NCBI RefSeq assembly: GCF_009834535.1
Contig: NC_045697.1
Span: 114,392,001-114,456,000 of the forward strand
DNA length: 64,000 nucleotides
Direction: 5' to 3'
DNA from: Camelus ferus
Taxonomy: Eukaryota
The translations under genes and the position numbers were made by a program. Shown here in pieces: positions 38,271 through 51,448 of the stretch (position 1 is the stretch's first letter; each line of letters opens with the position of its first letter). The notes under the pieces are model-generated. The model was not told the DNA's origin and searched no databases. It saw only the letters and a program-made list of their open reading frames with translations.

Positions 38271-40354
38271 GTCTCTGTAATACATGTGATTAAATCACTA
38301 ATTATTCATGGTTACCAAGATTCCAGGTATTTTTGGTTATTATGTTATTAATATTTCATGATGAAACCAAAATAAAGATGTGTTCTCCTTTGAAATATGC
38401 CAAAATATAGCTTAAAATCTAAATGTTTTATTTTTATTCCATTAAATTAAAAAATACAGTTCCTGTCTATTTAAAGCAATAAGAAAGAGATGTGGGATTT
38501 TCTACGTATACTTAGGGGAACCTATGTACTTTGAAATATGTGACATTTTTTATTGAATATTTTTACGTATTGCACACATGAGGGTATCTATAAGCTATAT
38601 GTGAGTTAAAGTATTATCATAGAAGTATTATTTTATTATATTATTATAAAATATTAATTACAATAAGAAAAAAATCACAATTATAAATATATTTCTAAAT
38701 TTAACAAAAATAACTGACCATATAAACACATTCTAGGACTGTTTTCAGGTCCCTGGAAAGGCTTGTACAAATGAGGGGCTCGGAAACAAATTCCATCAGC
38801 TTCATGGCAAGTCTGACTCCGCATATGTAAAACACTGAATAATAGTTCTGTAAAAGTGACTGATATTTTTATGTATTTTTATTATGCATGTTAATAGAAA
38901 TTTTTTACAGTATTGTTTCCTTAAGTGAAATAAAATTAATCTAACTAATTACATGTACCATCAAATAATATTGTCACATAGAATTTTCATACTTTTGGTT
39001 TTAGTTTTTCTACCAAAGAATGCAGTTGCTTCACTTTTTGTTTGCTACCAATTTGAAATAAGAATTTTAATTCCTGTACATTTCGTTTTCTGCTGTGTTT
39101 CTTTGAATTGATACATGAAATTTTTTACTTTAGGAAAGAAAGGTGTTAAGAGTAATGTATCTATCAAATTCAATTTATATATTTAATTTATATTTCACTG
39201 TGCTATTTATTGATGAAAGATTAAATATCTAATTAGATAGGTTAGTGAGAAACTTCCAGGATTTTTAGAAAGTCACATACATTCTGAGATAATGGTACTT
39301 TTGTCAACTTCGGTAACTAGAAGCTTGCCTAAATTACTTTTATTGCTATTTTATAAACATATATTGTGTGCACATAAAAAGCTAGGAAAATAGTTTTCAC
39401 AATATTACAAAGTAAAAAGCATACTGACATAATCAAACTTAGAAAGGAAATGACTTTAATGTCACTGTATATCAAAGCAATGTATATTACATAGAAAACC
39501 TCATTCAAAGTATAGTAGTATGTGGACCATGTAATTTAGAACCATGAGTACAAACATAATATGAAATGGGAAAATAAACTTAAATTTAAAATTGACCACA
39601 TTGTAACAGACAGAATTTATCTTTTAGATTGTGACAAACGCCTGTGGTTAAATACAGGTCTGAAATTCAGCTGTTGGAGTCTGGTGTAATCACACCTGAT
39701 GTTCACTGCCTTGTACATTCTGACTGAAAAGTGCTCATCACCTACAGGTTGTCAAACCTTGTGATTATTATTCTCACACAATATATTACAGTCAATTAGC
39801 ACTAGCCATACAATTTTCAAAATTTTAGAAATGTGCTATGATTTTCTTGTTTTTCCTCACAGTTCCCTTCTGTACTGTCTTGAAAATAAAATTAGCAATC
39901 AACTCAATATAATACATTATTTTAGGTATTTCCTATTGACTTTCCAGATATTAGCACCCTGAGGCAACTGTTTAATAGTGTTGAGGCCTATAAAGATTTA
40001 ATCACTGAGGAAATATTTATGGAGTGTCTATTAGCAGCAAGACTATAGAGGTGTAATAGGGGTTCAGAGTAAGTCAAGATTTTGCCCCCTGAATTCCAGA
40101 AGTGCCCGTTCTAAGGCCATAACTCTCCACTGTGGCTGAGCATCACAATCACACATTTGATTTCATCTGTTTAAGATTGGGAGAATGCTGAGAAAATCAA
40201 AGAGTAAAAGATCAGAAATGCTGAATCAGGATGGAGGTAAAGAGTAGAACTGATGTATCTGTGTTAAAGAAAAACTCAACAGATGATTTTGATGTTTCGC
40301 TAAAGTAGTGGAGAATTGGGAAAGAGGAAGATGGGTTAGTAATTGTAATATCAC

Positions 40355-40918
40355 AAGAGCAGGTCAGTTCTAGAGTCTGACTGGTTGGATGCCAATCTTA
40401 GACCATTGCTTTGACTGATGTCTTATTCTGCTGGGCTGCTGTGACAAAATCCTACCACATTAGTGACATAAACAACAAAAATGTCTTTCTCACAGATCTG
40501 AGGCTAAGTCCAAGATCAAGGTATGAGCATGTTAATGTCCTGGGTGAGGGCCTCACCTTATGGCTCATAGCCAGTCTTCTCCTGTGTTCTCAAATGATGG
40601 AATGGGTGAGAGATCTCTGTGGGGTCTCTTTTCTAAGGGCACTGACCCATTCTTGGGGGCTTCACCCTCACAACCTAATCACCTCCCACAGGCATCAGGA
40701 TTTCAACAGATGAACTGTGAAGGTGGGGTACACAAACATTCAGTCCATAGTAATTGGTGACCCCAAACGTAACATCAGTATATTTCAGTTTTCTTGTATA
40801 TAACATGGGGCTAATAGTAGTGCATTTTAAAAAGATAGTTTAAAGGATGAAGTTTAATTATTTATTTAAATTCTTAATCACAGTGCCTGACATATTTAAG
40901 TGATCAATAAATATTTAT
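40355..40918 (+). mobile_element. MIR split by an MLT1A-like LTR
   Basis: 5' part ttctagagtctgactggttggatgccaatc; 3' part ttcagttttcttgtatataacatggggctaatagtag..cacagtgcctgacatatttaagtgatcaataaat. Confidence 0.65.
40419..40752 (-). mobile_element. MaLR MLT1A-like solo LTR
   Basis: tgtcttattctgctgggctgctgtgacaaaatcctacca..aagtccaagatcaagg..cctaatcacctccca..acacaaacattcagtccatagta. Confidence 0.85.
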
Positions 40919-43124
40919 CGAGTTTTACTTTAAGTGTAGTGAAAAGATCCATGCTTTATTCAAAGTGGGGAGGCAATATTAAAATATGACTTATTCAGAA
41001 ATGCTGTCTGGAATGGTGATTGTAAAGTTGTTCATCGAAAGCAGTTGAGTCTGGAAGATTCTGCTTCCACTTAGAAGAAAGAGGAAAAAACATGGAAAGA
41101 TATATAAGTTAGAAGTGATCACACAATATTCTGATTGAGACAATATCTAAATTAAAGGGATTTCCTGTTGCAGAATGACACAGATAGCAAATTAAGATAC
41201 TTTAATAAACATTCTCAAGGTTATATTCTTGGATAATTTTCACTTCACTGGGTGAAGGGATCTTGATTATAGCAGATAGCGAAGGGCTGTGCTTTCTAGG
41301 TAGCCATATAGGAAAACGGTGGAAAACTTGTTTATTTCAGCCTTAAGGATTATTTAAAAAGAATTATTTGAAAACAGACTTTAGAAAGACCAATGTGCAG
41401 TTTGTCATAAAATATAAACATAATTACAAATATCAGATATACTTTGTGTTTGGATGATCGTTTCCAGTTATTCTCATCCAGCAAAGGGGCTCATCTTTGT
41501 TCTGATGTGGTCCCCTGAGCTGTTCCTGTGGCAGATCCTTCTCGTGTGCGCATCCCCCGTGTGCTTGTCTATCTTACACACACTGGTTATCTTACTGTTA
41601 CACTTCAGGTCATCAAGAATTCTTTTTGGCTCGTGAGATTTTTCAAAATATTTTTAACTTGAATCATCCTGAATTGATTACCCTATGAGACCCAGCTATG
41701 TGTCCACGGCATGCCTTGGTGTTAACTGGAGGGATGGCTCTGGCCTTTCTGTTTGGAATCTCTGTTCTACTGCCTAAGTGCTCACCCAGGCACCTGGTTT
41801 TTCACGGAAGCCTGTGGTGATGCCAGGGGTGTTATCACATGTTAGCGTCACACGGTAATGTCCCTGTTAGGGTCTAAGCCCCAGATCCTCTCCCATTGTC
41901 CAGGTCATGAGGCTTTTCCTGTAAGTCCACAAAAGCTCCCCCTGGGAGCTGCAGAAACATGATATGCATAATCTTCTATAATATGACATTGAGAAATTTT
42001 ATTTTGTTTGATAGTTATTAAGAATATATTCTTCTTGAGCTAAATAATATGGCAGCCAGAACACACAGGATGTTTCCCTTTCTCTTCAGCCCCTCCTCCT
42101 CTTCACCCTCTCTTTGACTTTCTTGATGGAGAGAATATTTTCATCATTCGAGACCTAGATTCAACAGCCCCATAATAATTTTTTTCTTGATTATAATCAT
42201 TCTGTGTGTGTCAGTTAGAGGGGGGCCATTTTTAACAGAAATGCACATGTTGTGAATACAGGTAAATTCAGAAACACAATAGAGAAGATTTTTGGAGCCA
42301 TGCTTGTGGATATTGCTAAGTCCCTGAATGCTACAATATTTTAAAGATACAGGGATAAAAAATAACAGATGAGGGAAAGTTTTCTTAAACAAATGATGCT
42401 GACACAATTAGTTACAGTTTAGAAAAAGAAGTAAAGATGGATACTCACTTCCTTAAAAAAAATTTGAAAGGAAATGTTAAAGGGTTTGATGGAATTACAA
42501 CAGTAAGGAACAGTAAGGAAACAGCAAGGAAATGAGGGGAAAGTATTGGGAAATGTATTAAATTAGAATGAAAAAGGGTTTTCTAATCATAAAGTTGACA
42601 TAAAGAATGAAAAAAATCCCAATCAAAAATGTTCTACACAAAAATTAAAAGATGAGTAATACATTAAAAGTAAAATTGGGGAATCAACATGAAAAATAGT
42701 AAACTCAAAACTTAAAAGTTGGAAAAGATAATAAACAATTCTTAGAGGGTACATCCTAATCATTACCAAATATATGAACAAAAACCTTTAAATAACACCT
42801 ATAGTAAGAGATACTGAAAATGTGCAAATCACAGCTTAAGAAGACAGGTGCACCAGCACCCTCCTGGTCATCCTCATTCTCTGCTGCTGAGACAGTGAAG
42901 ACACCACTTTTGACTCTAGTTTACAGGCTGTTGTTTTCTGACCTCAGGAGATCTGTCAACTTTTCTTCCCTTTACCCATGCATTTCCACTGTATTTCTAG
43001 CCTCTCGTCTTCAGCCCTATCAGGATATTTGACCTCCTTTGATTTGGGCATTTTTCTCTCTGCTTGCTTCTTTGTTCTCCTTTCCTGTCTTTATTCCTAT
43101 TTCAGTTCATGATTGACAAGGTCA

Positions 43125-43365
43125 GCAGTGTGTGTAGGGGCTTAAAAGCCCAGCCTCTGGAGGAAACCTACTGGTGTCTGAGCCTAGCTCTGCTAACTAG
43201 GGGCCAAGTGAAACTAAGGAGATGACTTGACTTCTCAGTATCCCCCGCTCTAAAATGGGAGGATTGTAGTAGTCTCTTGTCATTGGTTTGTTATAAGATC
43301 AAATATGTCAATATGTATGAATTACTTAGAACTGTATCTTCCATGTGATAGCTGCTATGTAATTA
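43125..43365 (+). mobile_element. MIR SINE
   Basis: gcttaaaagcccagcctctggag..cctagctctgctaactag..gatgacttgacttctcagtatcccc..taaaatggga..aattacttagaactgtatct. Confidence 0.7.
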
Positions 43366-43599
43366 GGACTCAGATGCACTGATGATTTGTTTTTTCATTT
43401 TGCATACATAGTCTGTGGGTTATTATCTTTCAAGCTTACAATGTTTTGTAATGCAGTGTTTCTTCTTTAGAGAAACATATTGATCATTCTTTCTAGATTT
43501 CTAAATTTTTTTAATATTCATAAAGATTCCATTAGCCAAAGTGATATATGGCTTTATTTTAATATATTTAATTTTTCATTTTTATGTACTCCATACATA

Positions 43600-45480
43600 A
43601 TTTATTTTTAATAACAACTTTATTGAAATATAATTCTCATATGATAAAATTAACCCCCATAAATGTGCAATTTAGTGGTTCCTAGTATATTCCCAACATT
43701 ATTCAGTCATGAAAGCTATTAAACTTTAGAATAATAGGATTCCATAGCTATTAGTGGTTATTTCTAGCACCCCACCCCCTCAGCTCCTGGTAAGACTAAC
43801 ATATTTTCTGTCTCAATAGATTTGGCCATTCTGGACGTTTTCATATAAACTGACCCCTACAATTGGAGGCTGTTTTCATTATAATGTTTTCAAGATTCAT
43901 TTATATTGTAGTATATATCAGTACTCTATTCCTTTTAATTGGTAAAAAAAAATTCTATTGTATATAGGTATTCAATTTTGCTTTTGCCCATTCATCAATT
44001 GATAGCTTTTTGAGTTGTTTTCACTTTTGGTTACTATAAACATTCGTGTATAGTTTGTGTGTAGACATATGTTTTTATTCTTTTGGATATATGCCTAGGA
44101 ATGCAATTGTTACACACATAATAACTCTTTGTTTAACTTTTGAGGAACTGTCAAACTGTTATTTAGAGTGGGTACACCATTTAATATTCACACCAGCAAA
44201 GCTGAAGGTTCCAACTTTTCCACATCCTTCCAAAAGTTGTTAGTCCTTTTTTTTTCATTTTAGCCATCCTAGCAGGTGTGAAGTTGTATCTCATAGTGAT
44301 TTTTATTTTCATTTCCCTAATGACTAATGAGGCTGGACATTTTTTATGTGCTGTGTGTAAATCTTTTTTTGAGTAGTGTCTATTAAAATCCTTCACCCAT
44401 TGTTTTAATTTGATTCTTTGTCTTTTTTCTTGTTCGGTTGTATCGTTCTTTATATATTCTGGATACATAACCTTTATGAGACAAATGACTTGCAAATATT
44501 TTCTCCCATTCGGTGGGGTATTTTTTTCACTTTTTGGGTAGTTTCCTTAGGAGAGCAGAAGTTTTTAATTTTGCTGAAGTATAAGGTATCTGCTTTTCTT
44601 TGGTTTGCTGTGTAAGGTTACTGAAATCTTTGCTCAGGTACCTAGTGGTGAGCTAATGACTGGCTAGAGATTTAATTAAAGGCTTTGAACCAGTAAGTGT
44701 TCCAGACTTTGGCAAGATGCTCTATTTCTGTTTTGCATTCTGCATTGAATTCTCCCTGCAAGCATTACAGGTCTGTCTTAAGCCTTCACTCTGCTTGTTC
44801 AAGGTCTCAAGCTCAGCCAGAGATGAGAGATTAGGGAGTCTGTCTTTTTCCTAAAACGTAAAGGAGGTCCATCTTTTCTGGTCATGCACGGAGCCCTGCA
44901 CATTTGTTTCGCCTTCTAGAGTCCCGGGAACAGGCAGATCTTTTCAACCACCCCCTGCGCACGTGCCCTTCCCGTCTTCCCTGTTAAGATTTTTGGCATG
45001 CTAATCTTCATCCCCACTCATATCTCCGCCTTGAGAGCTGTAATGTTGCACAAGTACAGCTGTTTGTCTTCAATAATGGACTCAGGAGCAGGGCTGTTTA
45101 CACAGACTGAGCTCCAAGTCTTGCGCAAATAAAAAGAAATCACGGAAATGGAAGTTTTCAGGGAGCTGCTACATCCATCAGAGAGTATGGGGTGTCAGAG
45201 GAGCCCCAAACCCGTCCTTCCCCGTCCGGGGTCAGCTAGGATGACGGTCTTCCCAGCCAGCAGAGGTACCAAGCTGGTGTTCTAAGGTTCCCACACAGCC
45301 GTGAAGAGACGGATGCCACCCGCATCACTGCTCTGGCTGAGACTCAGACATTTTTAACAGTAGATGCTCTGGGGAGCCCTTGACTATTTCCAGAGTTCTG
45401 GAAAAAAAATGATTTTGACAATTTTTGCCAGTGTATTCATTATCTTTATGAAAGATAAGTTTTTCTGGTCTTTACTACCT
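43600..45480 (-). mobile_element. L1MB-like element: about 1 kb of 3' end joined directly to 5'-end-like sequence
   Basis: actttattgaaatataattctcatatgataaaatt..tttagccatcctagcaggtgtgaagttgtatctcatagtg..gcagaagtttttaattttgctgaagt, then an abrupt change near 44612 to GC-richer L1M 5'-like sequence ending gattttgacaatttttgccagtg. Confidence 0.7.
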
Positions 45481-46092
45481 CTAGAGATGCTTCTTGGATT
45501 TGATTTTGACAAACAGTGTGAGGATTTTTTCTTTCTTTTTTCTCAAATGGTTATGCATTTGAAATGTCATGGTTATTTATTTTTTTAATATACTGATTGT
45601 TTCTGGGAGGCTTACAAAGTCCTATTCTATTTATATGGCTATAAATTTTATCTCTAAGTTCACACTGCTATAATATTTTTCTGGGTAAATTTAGAATTAA
45701 CAGATAAAAAAATTAACGGACAATTATAATTGTGAAAAATATATTAAGAGCTGTTTAACTATAAATAAGAAAAAATATATATTTTCATTAATTAAAAAGG
45801 TAGGCTGAATTACAATAACTGTGAAAATTCAGTTATTTTATATAAATTTGTATAATTCAAATCAATACTAAGAGATTATTCTTTTTAAACAAAATTTGTC
45901 CTGAGAAAAAAGTGATTACAGCATATAAAATCTTCCAGCTTTGTAGAACTAATAATGATTGTTTTGATAGTTTAAAGGTAATATTTTAGTCATTTACTTT
46001 GCTCCTGAATACACTTTTTAAAAAGTGAATTGTTAAAATACATTTTAAATACAAACAATTCATTTTATTGAATTTTCCTTTTTTTTCTCTAG

Positions 46093-46281
<189 letters not shown>

Positions 46282-46290
46282 TAGGAAAGC

Positions 46291-46312
46291 TTTTTTTTTT
46301 TTTTTTTTTTTT
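46291..46312. repeat. T22 homopolymer
   Basis: 22 consecutive T, starting 77 nt after the first base of the exon donor. Confidence 0.95.
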
Positions 46313-46609
46313 GGAACTTAACTACTGTAAAACCTTTTCCAATTATAACAAAAGTGTAAAACCTTTCCCAATTATAATAATTTTGTACCACTTTTGTCAT
46401 CATGAAACATTATGGAGTAACTCATTCTAACTGGAAAATTCAAGCATAAGAAATTTAGATTATTTCTCAGCTCTAGAAAATCAACAATTAGGCAACCATA
46501 TCAATTTTAGAAACTGAAAACCTTAAGAATTTAAATTTTTTAATTAGATCATCTGTTTAGTTGATCTTACTAATGATGTAGAAAACTTATTTATATATAG
46601 AAAATTTTA

Positions 46610-47476
46610 TTTTGTTTAATTTTTTAAAAAAATTATTGAAGTACAGTTGATTCCCAATGATGTGTTAGTTTCTGGTGTACAGCATAGTGATTAGGTTATA
46701 TGTATGTATATTCTTTTTTATATTCTTTTCCATTATGGTTTACAGGATATTGAATATAGTTCTCTGTGCTATGCAATACAACTTTGTTGCTGATTTTGTA
46801 TATAGTAGTGTGTATCTGCTAATCCCAAACTCCTAATTTATCCCTCCCCACCCCTTCCCCCTTCGGTAATCATAAACTTGTTTTCTATGTCTGTGAATCT
46901 GTTTCTGTTTTGTAACTAAGTTCATTTGCGTCATATTTTAGATTCCACGTGTAAGTGAAACGTGGTGTTGTCTTTCTCTGTCTGACTGACTTCACTTAGT
47001 ATGATAATGTCTGGGTCCGTCCATGTTGCTGCAAATGGCATGATTTCATTCTTTTTTATGACTGAATGATATTCACTACATAAATATACCACATCTTCTT
47101 TATCCAGTCACTTGTGGATGGACACTTACGTTGCTGTCATGTCTTGGCTGTTGTAAATAGTGCTGCTGTGAACATTGGGCTGCATGTATCTTTCTCAATT
47201 AGAGTTTTCTCTGGATAAATGCCCAGGAGTGGGGTTGCTACATCATATAGTAAGTCTATTTTTAGTTTTTTAAGGAACCTCCATACTGTTTTCCTTAGTG
47301 GCTACACCATTTTACATTCCCACTAACAGTATAGAGGGGTTCCCTTTTCTCCACACCCTCTGCAGCATTTATTATCTGTAGACTTTTCAATGATGGCCAT
47401 TCTGACCGGTGTGAGGTGATACCTCATTATAGTTTTTATTTGGATTTCTTTAATAATTAGTGAAGTTGAGTATCCC
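46610..47476 (-). mobile_element. 5'-truncated L1 (about 870 bp of 3' end)
   Basis: attattgaagtacagttgatt..ttcacttagtatgataatgtctgggtccgtccatgttgctgcaaatggc..gatggccattctgaccggtgtgaggtgatacctcatt. Possible TSD agaaaatttt / aggaaatttt. Confidence 0.9.
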
Positions 47477-48548
47477 AGGAAATTTTCCAATCTCAATAAT
47501 TAATTTAATGGCTATGAACATTGGTCCAGTAGGCTGATACCATTCTTACAATCAGTACTCTTTTTTATTTATGATTTAATTCAAATTTTATTTTATTAGT
47601 TATTTAGATGAATTAATAATGTGGGATTGAATGTATGATTCATTAATACACACACTGATGTATACAGTAATTTACTCTATGATTTACCAAAAGGGGGCAG
47701 AAAGTTACTTGGCTTTCTATAGGAACAGCTGGGTGGCTAGTGTGATTGGTATGAATTAAGAGGAGTGGCAGCTATGAGATTGGAGAGGCAGCCTGGGGTC
47801 AGATCACATGGAGCCCCTTGGTCCCACTTAAATATTTGGATTCCTATTCTAACTGTAACTAGAAGCCATCAAAGCATTTACTGTATGAAGTAGAATGTTC
47901 TGATTTGTTTTAAAACAACAGGAAGCACTGAGACCTGTTTAAAAACATTATTTTAATAGTCTAGGGAACAGATAAAGTTGGCTTAAAATAAAGTGTTAAT
48001 AATGAAGAAGTTAAGTGGTCAGATTTGGGATATATTTTGAAAGTAGATCTGGTAGTATTACTGAGGGGTGGCATGTGAATATGAGAAGAGAGCTTTAAAC
48101 AAAAATGAACCCAAGGAATTTGGAGGAAGCACTTAGATATGTGGTCGTGACACTAACTGCAATGGACAAGGAGCACGTTTGGAGACCGAGATCAATGTTT
48201 TGTTTTTTTGTTTTTGAGAAGTTAACTTCAGTACCTTTAACCGGATGGATGTCCCCTGTGCAACTGAGTATGTAAGTCTGGAGATCAGAGTGACAGCCCA
48301 AAGTTGTGTGTTTAGGTAACGTCAGTGTGCAGAGACTGTTTAAAGCCATAAATATGACCATGATGACATGACCTTAGGATGGAGTATAGATCGCTGTGAA
48401 GTCAGGGGATTGAGCCTTGGCTCTGAGGTTAACACCTGGAGACAAGAAGACCTGGAATGGGCATCCTGTGGTGGGACATATGCGTCCTAGAAGTCAGTGA
48501 AGAAAATGTTGGAAAAAATGAACAGAAAGGTTTGGGCATTCACGGTTT

Positions 48549-48892
48549 GACCAAGGTTGGTGTCCCGCAGAAGCAGACTGAGACCTTGGCTTCTGGTGCA
48601 AGTACAGTTGTCACCTAGACGTGGGTCAAGGCTTGGAAAGTCACTTTCAAGGGAACCAGTTAGGAAAGCAGAGTTGCTGTGAAGGAGGTGAGGGGTGCTT
48701 GTCCCCAGGGTCTCATGTTTGGAGTTTGTCGTTCAGATACAGAAACTGTCCCAGAGGGTGCGCTATCTTGGGAGGACAGGACCAGTGCTGGGGGTGAGGA
48801 GGGTGCTCCCTGCCTGGATGCCGTATTCCTGGGGAAGGGGTTGTCCTAGGAAGCCTGCCCCCCACCCCTGTTCGTTGTGACTGTTTACCCAC
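48549..48892 (-). mobile_element. ERVL LTR16-like LTR
   Basis: tgaccaaggttggtgtcccgcagaagcagactgagacc..gtgcaagtacagtt..tttacccaca. Confidence 0.6.
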
Positions 48893-49099
48893 AAATGGAC
48901 TACTTGACAAGGCTAATGCTCTGCACTGCTTTGTTTTTGTTTTGTTGTGGTTTTGGGGGGGTTGTTTCCTTGCTTTTTAGAGTTAAGGAGAGCAATTCTC
49001 CCATTTTGTTCTTGGCTGACCATTAGTTCTGTCTGTTATAGCTTATCCCCACTTTCAGTCCTTGTTCGTCCAGTCTAAGGACCAACCATTCGAGAGCTC

Positions 49100-49280
49100 T
49101 TGCCAGTTTGTGGAGTGGTGTATGGTCCACAGTTCTACCTGCATCAGAACCCCATGAAAAAATATCAGAAATGTAGAACCTGGGCTTTGCCAGCACTTTC
49201 TGGAAGTTCGATTTGAAATCTGCATTTTGATAGGCTCCTCAGGGAATTGGGGTGCTTGGTAAATCATGAGAACCGTTCCA
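49100..49280. mobile_element. hAT-Charlie MITE, MER5-like
   Basis: gtatggtccacag..cctgcatcagaacccc..aaatctgcattttgataggctcctcaggg..tgagaacc. Confidence 0.7.
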
Positions 49281-50957
49281 AATGGTGGCTCCTCCACGAG
49301 TCTGCTGTAGGTTTGGTATACAAGTCACTCATTTGCCGTCTCCAGCTGGGAAGCCCGGGAAGAACGCTCTGAGCCAAACTGCAGGCATTCACGTTGCAGG
49401 ATGCACCCTGAGCAGTGCTGGGGAAACGCAGTGAGCGTTTACTCTCTGATGAACCGTTTACTCTCTGATCTCAGGTTTTTCTGAAGATGGAATATGGAAA
49501 TCAAGGAATAATGAGTTCTCAGGAACAGGCGCCGCCTCTCTCCCCCTCCATCAGGCTGAGATGATGAATTAATTAAGAGGAAGTCACATTAGCAGTGATT
49601 GTCTGGACTGAGATCTAATGCTTTCCCTTTTCCAGAAACCAAGATCCCTAAGGCTGGGAGTAAAAGCGGTCTCTTCTCATTACCTCCGACCACATTGAAC
49701 CTGCTTCAGAATCCTTGGTATTGATGTTTCCATGAAGGGATGGGGTTTGGAAAGAGAAACAATGACATTGTCTTGGTTGAAAGTGAACAGAGAGAGAGAG
49801 AGAGAACTGTGCAGTGGCTGGAGTGATGTGGGATCACGAGGGGGGATTTGATGAAAACTGTAGATGTGGTTATCTTTCATGCTGATATGAACAGTCCAGT
49901 CAAGAATGAAAAGCAGCTCATAGGAGAGAAAAGGGGGAAACTTGCAGTAATCAAATCCTTAAAAAGTTGATTCAGCCTAGTACACAACTGGAAGGGTTGT
50001 GCTTTGCAAGACTGATAGTTAATCGGCTGAAACAGGGAACAAGACAGACTCTTTGGGAACAGATGCTCAGGGTGGCAGCGTGAGGAAATCCTTTTACCGT
50101 TGCTTGGGTTATTTCAGTGCAATGAAGAATACCAGCTATTTAAAGTGGGGAGTGTGTGAGAGCTCTAGCAGGTTGAAGAGAGGAAGACGTGTAAAATAAT
50201 TACCTCGCAGGGACGTAGGCTGATGGAGCTGGCCACCTGTGCTTGGAATGTTGGGGAGATCTTAGGGTGTTCTTGAGGTGAGATATATTAGTATGTTCTC
50301 CCTCAGTTGTGGCTGGCTGTGACTTTGCAATCGTAGGAAAGAAGAGATTTGGGTTTAACCAACATTTGATTTTGTCAGGTGAGTAAAAGTATAAAAGAGA
50401 CAGGCCTGAGGAAGTTGAGCAAATTGATAAGAGAAAGACTGTAATGACGGACCACAGAATGAATGGTAAGGCAAGGAACGTGGGAGGCGAGGAAGGAAGG
50501 GAGCCCATGAGAAGTGTGAAATGGAGTGAAAAATTGACTGCAGTAGCCAAGTTGGTCAAATACTACGAGAATGGGGTCCTAGAGAGAGAGAGAAATGCAA
50601 AGCCTCCACTCAAAACGTTTTCTTAAGGCATCTGGCAATCGCTGTTTTTAAGAAATTCTTTCAATTAGCTCAAGTCTATATAAAGAAATAGCAGGGCCAT
50701 TAAGGTTTGACAGGTGTTTAGGCAGCCCGGCTATTCTTCGAAATCTACCTTTTCTGTTCTGGCCTGAGATAAGAGGGAGAGTTGGAGTGTAGTGTAGACG
50801 AACACAAATTCATCAAATTCAACCGCAGCTGATAAAAAACAAAACAAAACCCTGTTCTACTGCATTTTATCAACTAAGGAAGACAATAAATGTATTTCAA
50901 AGATCATCATTAATATTTAAACCTATTTGAAGAAGCCAAAAAGTGGAGTTAAAAAAT

Positions 50958-51448
50958 GTGTTACGTATCAGTAAGAGATTACCTTCAGCCCTGTAACAGA
51001 GATCCCAAATCACAGAGGCTTAAAGAAGACCCTAGGTGTAGTTATCTTCGGCATCAGAGAAGCCCTGAAGACCTGGTTCAGGATGACAGCCTCACCACAT
51101 CATCATCCTACACTTCCGCTAGTTGTGGTTAACACCTGGTTTCCTTTCTCAGCGTCATCCCATGTTTTCCAAATGGCAGTGGAAATGCCAGTCATCGTGT
51201 TCCCATTTCAACAAGGAAAAGGGAAGCCAGAGGAAGGAAAGATACCACCTGACACCTGCGAGAGCACATTTAAAAGATGTTTAAAGGAATCACCAACAAT
51301 AACTGCCACTGATCCTCTCAATGCAGAGATTGCAAGAGAGAGTTCTTTGACCTTGGAGTCTACCATTCACAGAAAATGAAGGTTTAATTAATTAGAAGGG
51401 AGGAAGGTGAGAATAAATGTTGGGTAGGTAATTAGTGGCATTGTCACA
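50958..51448 (-). mobile_element. Old MaLR (MLT1-like) LTR
   Basis: gtatcagtaagagattaccttcagccctgtaacagagatcccaaatcacagaggcttaaa..aaatggcagtggaaatgccagtcatcgtgttcccatttca..ggcattgtcaca. Confidence 0.6.

Larger units (their letters stand above)
47700..50560 (-). mobile_element. Fragmented LINE-2 (about 47700-48540 and 49680-50560) with later insertions
   Basis: gagattggagaggcagcctggggtcagatcacatggagcc..tttggattcctattctaactgtaactagaagcca; gtaagtctggagatcagag; gatgtttccatgaagggatggggtttgg. Confidence 0.7.

Noticed and set aside
42498..42532. aacagtaagg(a) repeated three times
   Set aside because: This is an ordinary short tandem repeat with no further structure.
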